Origin: Candidatus Methanomethylicaceae archaeon
GTDB lineage: Archaea; Thermoproteota; Methanomethylicia; Methanomethylicales; Methanomethylicaceae
Length of the DNA stretch: 64,000 bases
Direction of reading: 5' to 3'
Assembly (NCBI GenBank): GCA_015660995.1
Contig: JACTUC010000008.1
Coordinates: 10,645 to 74,644 of the forward strand
Part shown: positions 40,421-49,322 of the stretch, in pieces
How the letters are laid out: every line of letters begins with the position of its first letter
Numbering within the stretch: the stretch's first letter is position 1
The notes under the pieces: model-generated
The model's input: the letters and a program-made list of their open reading frames with translations, nothing else
What the model was told of the DNA's origin: nothing
Database searches by the model: none
Translations under genes and position numbers: made by a program

Positions 40421-40984
40421 GTGGATCTGCCAATGAGTTCTTTTACGGTGCTCAAATCCATCCTCCGCTACTACCTTAGGTACATTGTTGGTTCTCCGCT
40501 ACCCTTCCTCTCCCACCAGGCCTTCTCTGAGTACATAATCTCCGAGAGCAGTAGGTATGAGAAATATTACATTCCTCCTATAGACCTCAAAGATAAAACC
40601 GTTCTTGATGTTGGCGCGGAAGAGGGGTGCACTGCTCTCTTCTTCTTCAAGCATGGTGCCAAAAAGGTTATCTGCATCGAGCCACAGCCCGAGGCCTTCG
40701 CCAACCTGAAAAAAAATGCCGAGGCTCTCAAGTGGAATGCCATTCTCATCAACGATGTCTTTAAATTAGATCATCTAAGCTTGGACGTCAATTTCATCAA
40801 GATGAACATCGAGGGCTATGAGGCACTGATCCTAGATCAACCAATTCCAAAGATTCCTATGGTGATGGAGGTCCACGGCCTGTGGCTCGTCGACGAGTTT
40901 GTAAAAAGAGGGTGGCATAAAGCCTCTGGGAACGATGCCACGCATTGCAGGGCAATGCTCAACAATTGGGGGGTTAAAATTTAA
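40421..40984 (+). CDS. FkbM-like SAM methyltransferase
   Basis: VLDVGAEEG, IEP, KMNIEGYE, MEVH. Confidence 0.7.
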   Translation: MDLPMSSFTVLKSILRYYLRYIVGSPLPFLSHQAFSEYIISESSRYEKYYIPPIDLKDKTVLDVGAEEGCTALFFFKHGAKKVICIEPQPEAFANLKKNAEALKWNAILINDVFKLDHLSLDVNFIKMNIEGYEALILDQPIPKIPMVMEVHGLWLVDEFVKRGWHKASGNDATHCRAMLNNWGVKI

Positions 40985-40995
40985 TTCCCACACAT
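40966..40995. repeat. Boundary palindrome S2 (full)
   Basis: ttgggggg-ttaaaatttaa-ttcccacacat. Confidence 0.8.
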
Positions 40996-41042
40996 ATTGG
41001 AAAAACAAAATAATTATACAAAAAAAGAAGTGAGAAGTATTT

Positions 41043-41615
41043 CTATCCTGTTATGTTGCCTGCCAGGACTACAATGTATTCGGTTGAACCAGTGCTGAAG
41101 TCCAGTTTGAGATTAGCTGTTAGGACACCACCGAAATTACCTTGGGCATCGGCGCGAATCAGTAATACACCGCCTGGGTTGGTCTGCCCCTGGCCCACAA
41201 GTGCTTCCGCATAGCGTCCCGTCTGGGCAGCGCCTGACGTAATGGTGTAGGTTGTACCGTTGATTACAATTTCCCCGCTAGTCAATGTCAGGATATACCC
41301 TGCCTTCAGTGCATTTGTCACGGTGAAAGTCATCGTTCCAGAGGCGTCTCCATGCTGGCTAGGATCACCGACTACCTTGAAAGTGCCCATTGTGCTTGTG
41401 ATAGTTATTGTCTGACCCACCGAAAGGTTGGCCGGGATCCCACAGTCACACTTGCGATCGATGGCGGGCATCACGTTATTTGGGGTTGCATTTGTGGTCG
41501 CTGCTATGTTCAGGTTTGCAAATACACCGGGTGTTACTGCCAGAAAGGTGAATATTCCCAGCACTGCCAGGAGTGCCACTATCACTGTGGCCTTTTTGGA
41601 TATTTTCATTGCCAT
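41043..41615 (-). CDS. Secreted hypothetical protein
   Basis: Signal peptide; Gly/Thr-rich beta strands. Confidence 0.7.
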   Translation of the reverse strand: MAMKISKKATVIVALLAVLGIFTFLAVTPGVFANLNIAATTNATPNNVMPAIDRKCDCGIPANLSVGQTITITSTMGTFKVVGDPSQHGDASGTMTFTVTNALKAGYILTLTSGEIVINGTTYTITSGAAQTGRYAEALVGQGQTNPGGVLLIRADAQGNFGGVLTANLKLDFSTGSTEYIVVLAGNITG

Positions 41616-41715
41616 TTGAAATCACCAGGGAAAAACTCCTAAACCAAACGGATTTAACCACTCCCTTTGTCGATATCTCGACTGGAAATTCGAAATTTCG
41701 AAAAAGTCTGTACCA

Positions 41716-41737
41716 TTAAAATCTAATCCCCACACAT
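41716..41737. repeat. Boundary site S3 (core + right arm)
   Basis: ttaaaatctaa-tccccacacat. Confidence 0.75.
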
Positions 41738-41855
41738 TTTAAAAAATGTCAAAAGAGTGACAAAAGTGGTAGCCTGTGGTAAGATGACCTATTCTTGTCT
41801 TGTTCATGAAATTCAAACCTCCATCCCTCGTAGGCACCTCTTTGTTGTTCTTTGC

Positions 41856-42974
41856 CTATACTTTCCTCGGTAATCCGAAAGTCAGGATAAACCCGATCAT
41901 TGCTACAGCGGCCAGAAAAATAAGAGTGTAATAGGGAAGAGATATGATCTGACCTACTGTAACAAGAACTAGTATCGCGAAAATGTGTCCTATGAGCATT
42001 ATGAAGCCTGTGATTTGCCCCTGGGACTTATGTTGGATGAATTTCTCGATCCATTCAAAAATTATCGGCCAAGCACTCAGAAGGAAAAAACCGTCCAGAA
42101 TGAGCCATCCCGAAACCCATACAACGTTTTGCCAGATCGCTATTGCTAAAAAAGTGAGTGCTGTGTACAACGATGCTGCCATCAGAATATAGGTTCGTTT
42201 GTTGTGTTTTGATACAATTTGAGGAATAATTGCTGAACCAATAATTCCAGAAATGATCACGATCCCAAGGAGAGAACCAGCAACATCTCCAAGCCCAAAT
42301 TGTGAAAAGATGGGCTGCAACCAACTTGATAAAGAATCAAATATCCCTAGTCCAACAGCAAGTATTCCTCCAAGGATCCATAACTGCTTTTCCTTGAGAA
42401 TCTCTTTTAAACCTCTTGAATAAAATGCAACTTGAATTTGGTCGGAAGAGGGAATCTCCTCCGCTCTAAAAAGAACTGCTAGGCTCCATATGGTCGCCAC
42501 TGCAGTTATTATTGCAATTACAGTTTCAAGGTAAATTATTCCTCCAAGCTGATAGAGTGGATAACCTATGGCCATAGCCACTACGATTCCGGTGTAAATA
42601 CCAATGCTCGATATCGATACTGCGGTTACCCTCTGTTTATCTATAAAATACTTCCGCGCAAAAAGCGGAATTGATGAGAGAATAAACGGCTGTGCAATGG
42701 CACCAATAATCTGGGTGCTGAAGATGAACCCAAAAGATAAGGGATCCAGAAGCCTTCCTATCCCGGCAATTGCATTAAGTACTATTCCAATCAATAATGC
42801 TTTTTTGAAGAATGAATCCAATGCTCTGCCCGATGGTATGGCTAATAGTATATATACAATAGGATACATGACGGCTAAGTAACCTACATACAACACATTT
42901 ACATTAAAAACTGTAGCCATGTAGGTTTCTACAGGAGAAAACGTTACCCAAATTGCCTGGGACGATAAAACCAA
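41856..42974 (-). CDS. MFS transporter (true start probably further upstream)
   Basis: WVTFSP, PSGRALD; multi-pass. Confidence 0.82.
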   Translation of the reverse strand: MVLSSQAIWVTFSPVETYMATVFNVNVLYVGYLAVMYPIVYILLAIPSGRALDSFFKKALLIGIVLNAIAGIGRLLDPLSFGFIFSTQIIGAIAQPFILSSIPLFARKYFIDKQRVTAVSISSIGIYTGIVVAMAIGYPLYQLGGIIYLETVIAIITAVATIWSLAVLFRAEEIPSSDQIQVAFYSRGLKEILKEKQLWILGGILAVGLGIFDSLSSWLQPIFSQFGLGDVAGSLLGIVIISGIIGSAIIPQIVSKHNKRTYILMAASLYTALTFLAIAIWQNVVWVSGWLILDGFFLLSAWPIIFEWIEKFIQHKSQGQITGFIMLIGHIFAILVLVTVGQIISLPYYTLIFLAAVAMIGFILTFGLPRKV

Positions 42975-43039
42975 TAATGAGTATCCTATAAGTACAAATG
43001 AAAAGGTAGACTTACTATCAGTCCTCGTGGTTAAGTCTC

Positions 43040-44512
43040 CTAGTTGTCTTTCTCGTCCTTCCTAGTTGGAGTAAAGACCTCATTCACTATCGTCTTGAAT
43101 AATTTTTCAACTAACTCGCTAGGCATGGTTCTAATTAATTGATTGATCAAAGTCATCTGCGAACCACTATCTTCATCAGGGGTACTCAGTGAATGAGAAA
43201 TAGCGGCTACAAGCGAATTTAGTTCCTCTGGATTAAAACTGATGCGGGAAACATCGTTGATGCTTTTATCCCGATTCTGAATATTTTTGTTCCTGACCGA
43301 TTCTGTGCATGTCTTCAGAGACTCAATGAATGGCTCAATGGAATACTCATGAGCAGCGGTGATAGTCATATGTAAAGATGCAACATTATTCAGCTCTTCG
43401 GAGCCGGGCTGGACCTGAAGATACCACCCTTTGGATTTCATCAGGTCTGCGATCTGGAAAATATTAACATCGCCTCTTCTAAAAGCCACGATGCTCGCCT
43501 CCGGTTTGCCTAGAATTTCGTAACCTAAGCCTTCAAGACCCCGTATCAGCTTCTCTCTTGCAATTAGCACTTTTTTTGATAGTTCTATGTAACCTTTCTT
43601 TCCCAAATAGTTCAAGGTTGCCCATGATGCAGCAAGGGGTCCTTCCGATCTCGTTGATTGAAGTGTGGTATTTGCCATTGGGTATCCAGGCCAGCTAGCA
43701 TTCGTGAATAATTGATGTATTCTTAGTTCTTTGGACCTGTAGAGTATCACTGAAGCACCTTTTGGAGCGTAGCCGTACTTGTGAAGATCAGCAGATATCG
43801 AAGTAACTCCCCTGACTGAAAAATCAAATTCAGGCAACTTCTCTCCTAGCAATCTGAAAAACGGAAGGATAAAGCCGCCTATGCAGGCATCCACATGTAA
43901 CCTTACACCCTTCTCTATGGCAATCTCTCCAAGACTTTCTATTGGATCAATAACTCCAATAGGATATGATGGTGCAGAACCAACAATAAGCGCTGTATTT
44001 TCATTTATTCTTCTTTCAACATCCTCAGCTTTTACTTTAAATGTCTTCTTGTCTACGGGGACGACCGTCAAGGTCATATCAAAAAAATCAGCCGCTTTGA
44101 TAAATGAAGGATGGCCAGTGCTAGGTATAATTACTTCTGGTCTTCCTGAACCTCCACATTTGTTTGCCCTATGGTAATCTCTTGCAGACTTTACAGCAAG
44201 CATATTGCTTTCTGTGCCACCACTCGTAAAGTTTCCAACAGTTGTATTATTTCCATTGAGGAGAGATGCAGTCATGGCCACAATATCATTTTCAAGCATA
44301 AGCACACTAGGAAAGACTGTAAAATCAAGGGCGTTCTTGTTCATGAATTCCCAATAAAATTCTCGGATTCTATCAAGTTCTTTATTTCCAGATTCATATA
44401 CATATGAAAATAATTTTCCTTTGTTATCCGGCATATCATGCTTTGAGAATTCACGAAGACCCTTACGAATCTCATAAAAAGACAGACCATCATCTGGCAA
44501 ATCTTTTAACAT
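43040..44512 (-). CDS. PLP-dependent decarboxylase / sphingosine-1-phosphate lyase-like protein
   Basis: TSGGTES, HVDACIGGF, SADLHKYGYAPKGAS. Confidence 0.85.
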   Translation of the reverse strand: MLKDLPDDGLSFYEIRKGLREFSKHDMPDNKGKLFSYVYESGNKELDRIREFYWEFMNKNALDFTVFPSVLMLENDIVAMTASLLNGNNTTVGNFTSGGTESNMLAVKSARDYHRANKCGGSGRPEVIIPSTGHPSFIKAADFFDMTLTVVPVDKKTFKVKAEDVERRINENTALIVGSAPSYPIGVIDPIESLGEIAIEKGVRLHVDACIGGFILPFFRLLGEKLPEFDFSVRGVTSISADLHKYGYAPKGASVILYRSKELRIHQLFTNASWPGYPMANTTLQSTRSEGPLAASWATLNYLGKKGYIELSKKVLIAREKLIRGLEGLGYEILGKPEASIVAFRRGDVNIFQIADLMKSKGWYLQVQPGSEELNNVASLHMTITAAHEYSIEPFIESLKTCTESVRNKNIQNRDKSINDVSRISFNPEELNSLVAAISHSLSTPDEDSGSQMTLINQLIRTMPSELVEKLFKTIVNEVFTPTRKDEKDN

Positions 44513-44598
44513 AAGATCATGATAATAATATTCTCAGCCTTACTTAAGCGTTGATGATATGCTAGGCAGATGGTGAATAGACTAAGGCATTATTTTCT

Positions 44599-44620
44599 AT
44601 GCGCGGGGGTTAATTCAATT
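44599..44620. repeat. Boundary site S4 (left arm + core)
   Basis: atgcgcggggg-ttaattcaatt. Confidence 0.55.
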
Positions 44621-44640
44621 CTTTCTCCTGCTACTGTGTT

Positions 44641-45414
44641 TCATTCCGGAAGCTCCCGTCCGAAGCGCGACTGGACGTCGTATAATGCCCACATCAAGGT
44701 GAAGATGAAGTTGTATACCCAAAGCTTCGGATCCGATCTTGTATATCTGAATTCTCTGACTGAGGCGCGTATGCTCTGCTTGGAGAGAACGCTCTTCATA
44801 GTCTTATAATGTCGACAGTAGGAAGCGAAGCTCTTGACGACCCGGTAGTTCTGGGATAGGATCCACTCCCTGATGTAGGCGTCTTCCAGCGTGTGAAGGT
44901 GGCTCGGGATGTGCAAGTCTTTTACTGCCTCGCGACGCACCAGGAGGTCGTGGCAGCCGCCCCTTAGGTCGAAGACGCGTGACTCCATCCAGAGAAGCGC
45001 GCTGACCATCCGCCTGTTCGTAACAGCTCCAGGGATGTCGACCCCCCAGACCGCGCCTACGTCTGGCTCTCTAAGCCTGCTTGCCTTCTGGAACCAGTCC
45101 CTGCAGAGGACTACGTCGCTGTCGACGAAGACGAACCATTCCGTCTCGACCTCTTGCATCCCCCTATCCCGCGCCTCTCCTCGGGTACCAGTCTCCTCGA
45201 TCACCTTCACATTGCCATACTTGCTTCTGAACTCATCGAGAATCTGGAGTGTGAGGTCCTCTGAATGGCCGTCAACGGCGATCAAGCGATTCACCGGGAC
45301 ATTCTCATATATAGAGCTGAGGCAGTCTCTGAAAATGCCGTCGCTATCCCTGGTCAGGATAACTACGTCGACCTTCTCCATGGTGGTTCTTGATCTCGGT
45401 TTCCTAATTAGCAT
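44641..45414 (-). CDS. GT2 family glycosyltransferase (start may be 45381)
   Basis: VDGHSED, FVDSD, LED. Confidence 0.85.
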   Translation of the reverse strand: MLIRKPRSRTTMEKVDVVILTRDSDGIFRDCLSSIYENVPVNRLIAVDGHSEDLTLQILDEFRSKYGNVKVIEETGTRGEARDRGMQEVETEWFVFVDSDVVLCRDWFQKASRLREPDVGAVWGVDIPGAVTNRRMVSALLWMESRVFDLRGGCHDLLVRREAVKDLHIPSHLHTLEDAYIREWILSQNYRVVKSFASYCRHYKTMKSVLSKQSIRASVREFRYTRSDPKLWVYNFIFTLMWALYDVQSRFGRELPE

Positions 45415-45494
45415 TTCTCCTTGAGCATCTTAGTTCCCAGGAGCCAGCTCGCGATGGTCCTGGACCTGACCTAGACAGAAGCTGGACAAAGGGA

Positions 45495-45518
45495 GTGTCT
45501 GTGGGGGTTAAACTTTTG
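45495..45518. repeat. Boundary site S5 (left arm + core)
   Basis: gtgtctgtggggg-ttaaacttttg. Confidence 0.7.
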
Positions 45519-45588
45519 TTTTTTTTACTTGCACACGGGGCCCCACATTAAATATGTTTGAAGGATATATCCTCCATAAAAAAGGAAG

Positions 45589-46533
45589 TTGTATATTTTG
45601 GTGGAGTTGTACGTCGGCGCAGGGGGATGGGCTTACTTCATAGTTCCAGATGAGAGCCCTTTAAAGGCCTACTCGAAGACTTTCAACTTCGTAGAAGTGA
45701 ACTCGACTTTTTACGAAATCCCTCAACCCGGTGCTGCAGACGCTTGGAGGAGGGCAGTGCCGCAGTCATTCAGGTTCGCAGTGAGGGCCAATAAGGCGAT
45801 AACCCACAACGATCCATTCGCGCCTTCGCCGGAATCTGAAGACGCACTGCAGGCTACTTTGGAGGTATGCCAAGCGCTAAAGGCAGACGTGCTCCACTTC
45901 CAGACCCCCCAATCATTCAGGATTGGCGATATCGAAGCAAAGCGGATAGGCGATTTCTTCAGTACACTGAATGCGGGCAGCATGCTCTTGGCACTGGAGG
46001 TGAGGGGCGCTTCAGGCGGGGATCTTCCCCATAGCCTAGTAAAGGCAATGCAGGACAATTATATTATCCACTGCGTCGACCTACTGAAAGGCGAAGCGCC
46101 GGCATATGCCGCCGACACACTCTACACCAGAACCTTCGGCAAGGGTGATCACAACATATACCAACCCGATGATGGTGAGCTCAAGGCGGTACATATGACT
46201 GCTTCCATGTACACGAAAGCATACGTGGCCTCCCACAGCGCTAAAATGTACTCAGACGCTGCAAGGCTGATCACATTTGGCAAGACCGGCAAATTCCCCA
46301 TGGTAACCAAGTGCACAGGGCTGAATTCGCTGACTTCTGTCTTGGAAGAGGACGCCAAGTTCCCAGCGACTAAGGACGAGCTGATAAAGAGGCAGGGATG
46401 GAAGCTCTATGACGCATCGGAGGAAGTGAGGGTCAGGGCCGAGGAGCCGCTGAGTAAGCTGCCAGACAGGACTTATGGCAATGTAAATGACCTCTTGCAA
46501 GAACTACATTATCAGGGAGGCGGGGCAGTCTGA
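45589..46533 (+). CDS. DUF72 protein with C-terminal DUF2795-like domain
   Basis: VGAGGW, VEVNSTFY, ITH; tail FPATKDELI...LPDRTY. Confidence 0.75.
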   Translation: MYILVELYVGAGGWAYFIVPDESPLKAYSKTFNFVEVNSTFYEIPQPGAADAWRRAVPQSFRFAVRANKAITHNDPFAPSPESEDALQATLEVCQALKADVLHFQTPQSFRIGDIEAKRIGDFFSTLNAGSMLLALEVRGASGGDLPHSLVKAMQDNYIIHCVDLLKGEAPAYAADTLYTRTFGKGDHNIYQPDDGELKAVHMTASMYTKAYVASHSAKMYSDAARLITFGKTGKFPMVTKCTGLNSLTSVLEEDAKFPATKDELIKRQGWKLYDASEEVRVRAEEPLSKLPDRTYGNVNDLLQELHYQGGGAV

Positions 46534-47399
46534 CTGGCAGGATCCTTTTGGGCACGTCCGGCTGGAGCTACAAAGAGTGGGTGGGCCCATTCTATGAGAA
46601 TGACGAGGAGAGTAAGCTCAGAGCCTACACCGAAGTCTTCGGGACGGCAGAGATCGATTCCACATTCTACGCCTACCCTGCAAAGGGTCTTGTCATGGGT
46701 TGGAAGATGAATACGCCCGAAAAGTTTCTTTTTACGGCAAAGCTCCCAAAGGTCATAACGCATGAGAAGATGCTTGATCTCTCGCAGGGTGCGGATCAGG
46801 ACCTGATGAGGTTCGTTGATCTGATGGCGCCTCTTGCCGGGGCTAATAAGCTTGGGTGCCTTCTGATACAGCTCCCGCCAAGCTTCAGCTATGACCCCGG
46901 CAGGCTGGAAGCCTTCTTCAAGGTTATGCCCAAGGGGGTCAGGTTCGCCGCAGAGTTCCGCAACAAATCATGGATGAGAGATGAGACGTGGGAGCTCCTT
47001 AAGGGATACAACGTGGCCTATGTCAATGTGGACGAGCCCCTGCTCCCTCCTGAGGTGCACATAACAGCTGACTTTGCCTACTTCAGGTGGCACGGGCATG
47101 GGAAGAATGTCTGGTTCGACTACAGCTACAGCAAGGAAGAGTTGGAGCCGTGGGTGCTAAAGGTGAAGGAGGTTACCGGAAAAGTGAAGGAGGTCTACGG
47201 CTACTTCAACAACCATTTCCATGGTTATGCAGTTGAGAACTGTTTGCAGGTGATGGAAATGCTAGGGGTAGCGGGTGATGCCCAGAGGGACGCAAAAGAA
47301 AAGATCGAGTCATACAGAGTTTCCTCCGAAAATATCAAAGACAAGACCAAGCATAAGGGGAAAGCTGGGGGAACTCTGGACGTTTTCATGAAAAAATGA
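46530..47399 (+). CDS. DUF72 protein; probable CTG start
   Basis: RILLGTSGWSY, EIDSTFY, QLPPSF, EFR, YFNNH. Confidence 0.88.
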   Translation: MTGRILLGTSGWSYKEWVGPFYENDEESKLRAYTEVFGTAEIDSTFYAYPAKGLVMGWKMNTPEKFLFTAKLPKVITHEKMLDLSQGADQDLMRFVDLMAPLAGANKLGCLLIQLPPSFSYDPGRLEAFFKVMPKGVRFAAEFRNKSWMRDETWELLKGYNVAYVNVDEPLLPPEVHITADFAYFRWHGHGKNVWFDYSYSKEELEPWVLKVKEVTGKVKEVYGYFNNHFHGYAVENCLQVMEMLGVAGDAQRDAKEKIESYRVSSENIKDKTKHKGKAGGTLDVFMKK

Positions 47400-47474
47400 A
47401 AAGGTAATAGTGCGTATTTTGGTCGAACTTCTTTTGCCCTAGAATTCTATTGTTTTGTGCACGATTTGCCATGA

Positions 47475-48083
47475 TTATAGGGTTTTTTCAAGGGTTTCTA
47501 GGTTGAAACTTGTGTTGGTGCAGCCATTTCTTATCAATGGGATGGCCTGTCCTGCAAAGCCCATCTGCCTAAGGCCTTCTGCCCCAAGCTGCACCTCCTG
47601 CCCACAGGCGACACCAACTATTCCATCATATTTGTCTTTCTTCAAGATATTGAGGATGCAAGAGCTACCCGGCAATACGTAAACATTGTACCCATTCTTC
47701 TTGCCCATTTTGGTTGCCCTGTTTATGAGGCAGTCTTCTGAACACTGGCCACAGATATAGGATGGTATATCTGGGTTGAAGGTGGACTTGCACCTGCTGT
47801 CCATATACTTTCTTGAGCAGTGCGGCAGTAATAGCGCCCTATTTTTTGTCCCCTCAAAGCGTTTCCGCTCTGAAAGATTCTGTGAATATACATCTACCAA
47901 GTCCTCAACCAATTGGAGCGTCTCGGGCTCATCCAAACCGGTGATCTTGGTAAGGTTATGGGCTAGGCGTTGCGTTTTCATATCAAATCTTCTTCGAAGC
48001 TTATTCTCGCCGGCAACTTTAGCAAGCTCAATGAAAAATGATTTTGGGATACTGGAGAGATCAAAACTGAACTTGTAAGGCAT
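47475..48083 (-). CDS. DUF116 protein
   Basis: LLPHC, VLPGSS, VGVAC. Confidence 0.8.
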   Translation of the reverse strand: MPYKFSFDLSSIPKSFFIELAKVAGENKLRRRFDMKTQRLAHNLTKITGLDEPETLQLVEDLVDVYSQNLSERKRFEGTKNRALLLPHCSRKYMDSRCKSTFNPDIPSYICGQCSEDCLINRATKMGKKNGYNVYVLPGSSCILNILKKDKYDGIVGVACGQEVQLGAEGLRQMGFAGQAIPLIRNGCTNTSFNLETLEKTL

Positions 48084-48107
48084 ACATTCTGCTTACATGC
48101 GTTCGAA

Positions 48108-48130
48108 TTAAATATTTCCCCCACAAACAC
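48108..48130. repeat. Boundary site S6 (core + right arm)
   Basis: ttaaatatttc-ccccacaaacac. Confidence 0.7.
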
Positions 48131-48166
48131 AAAAATTTTTTAAAAATACCCCTTATATCCTTCATT

Positions 48167-48406
48167 ATGAAACTGAAAGGCTTTGACAAATTTCGCCTCA
48201 AGATTCCAGCCTTGGCCGGGAGAAAAATCATTATCCTCCCAATATACTTCATCGGAATGATCTCCCTCGCATTATTTGTATTAATCACGTTTTTTTCCTT
48301 GCCTAATCGTTTTCAACCGCAGGGCTGGGATCCATCATTACTCTCGTTTTTGCCGCTATTTGGGTTTCTCATGCTTGGAGTACTAGGATTTTTATTAGAA
48401 AAATAG
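48167..48406 (+). CDS. Short two-TM ORF ending at site S7; possibly a truncated membrane protein
   Basis: Upstream TATA; its stop abuts S7. Confidence 0.5.
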   Translation: MKLKGFDKFRLKIPALAGRKIIILPIYFIGMISLALFVLITFFSLPNRFQPQGWDPSLLSFLPLFGFLMLGVLGFLLEK

Positions 48407-48432
48407 TGGTTAAATTTTGACTATCAAACCCA
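48406..48432. repeat. Boundary site S7 (degenerate)
   Basis: gtgg-ttaaattttga-ctatcaaaccca. Confidence 0.45.
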
Positions 48433-48590
48433 ATAATTTTGACGTTCATCCCTGCCACCAGAAAATTCACCGTTGTCTGTCGAATAGATCAAGGAAAATA
48501 AATAGAGCAACAGGTAAAGACCCCGACCAATGTCACCGAGGAAGTAATCCATCTGGGGCTCTAATTTTGGTCATGGGAGAACTGAGTAGA

Positions 48591-48887
48591 CTAGAGAAAG
48601 TTAAGCAGTATATTCTTGAATTGCTCATGTTTATTTAATATTTTTATAATTAGATTTGTCACCCACATTATTTCTGTATCAAGTATCTTTGACAGGGCGA
48701 GGGAGACAAAGTAGATCAAAATCCCTAAAGCTATCACCTGAAGCGCATTGATAGACCCAAGAAAGAATACAGTAATTACAAAGATCAGACCATTGATTAT
48801 GATCATTACGCCAGATCTCACTATGAAGCACATCTCTATAGTATCAGCATTTGATGTCATTCCATCAGTTCCTCCTTGAGTTGTCAA
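48591..48887 (-). CDS. Small membrane hypothetical protein
   Basis: Two hydrophobic helices. Confidence 0.5.
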   Translation of the reverse strand: MTTQGGTDGMTSNADTIEMCFIVRSGVMIIINGLIFVITVFFLGSINALQVIALGILIYFVSLALSKILDTEIMWVTNLIIKILNKHEQFKNILLNFL

Positions 48888-48984
48888 CCAGATATTGAAA
48901 ATCCTTGTATTTTGGCATTTCTATCTTCGAATTTATATCGATCTTATCTGTCCGAAGAATTTTGCCTCTTCTTATGAAGATAAT

Positions 48985-49005
48985 CTAAAACCTAAATCCA
49001 CACAC
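48985..49005. repeat. Boundary site S8 (core + right arm, degenerate)
   Basis: ctaaaacctaa-atccacacac. Confidence 0.5.
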
Positions 49006-49116
49006 TATCTCTAATTCAACAATTCTTACTCCTACTCTCTCCTGTGCAATTGCTCTGCATCTATCCCCGAGGGCAAAATTTTAATAACCCTAGAAGTGCT
49101 TATCAACTCGATTGAG

Positions 49117-49212
49117 ATGTACCCGTTCGTTTTGCTCACGGACATAATTGCTGTTATTGCAATTATCCTATTGGCGGTTACCACGCTCCTCATCACCTTT
49201 GACAGAGAATAG
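49117..49212 (+). CDS. 31-aa single-TM micropeptide
   Basis: MYPFVLLTDIIAVIAIILLAVTTLLITFDRE; TATA near 49079, hairpin plus T run after the stop. Confidence 0.45.
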   Translation: MYPFVLLTDIIAVIAIILLAVTTLLITFDRE

Positions 49213-49322
49213 CGCCGACTATCGTCGGTGGCGCTTTTGAAATTTTTCAACATAAGAATAGGGAGGATCAGTCATAATTAATATAAGCCTCGAAATGACC
49301 TCCTCCTGATATAAATGGAGGA

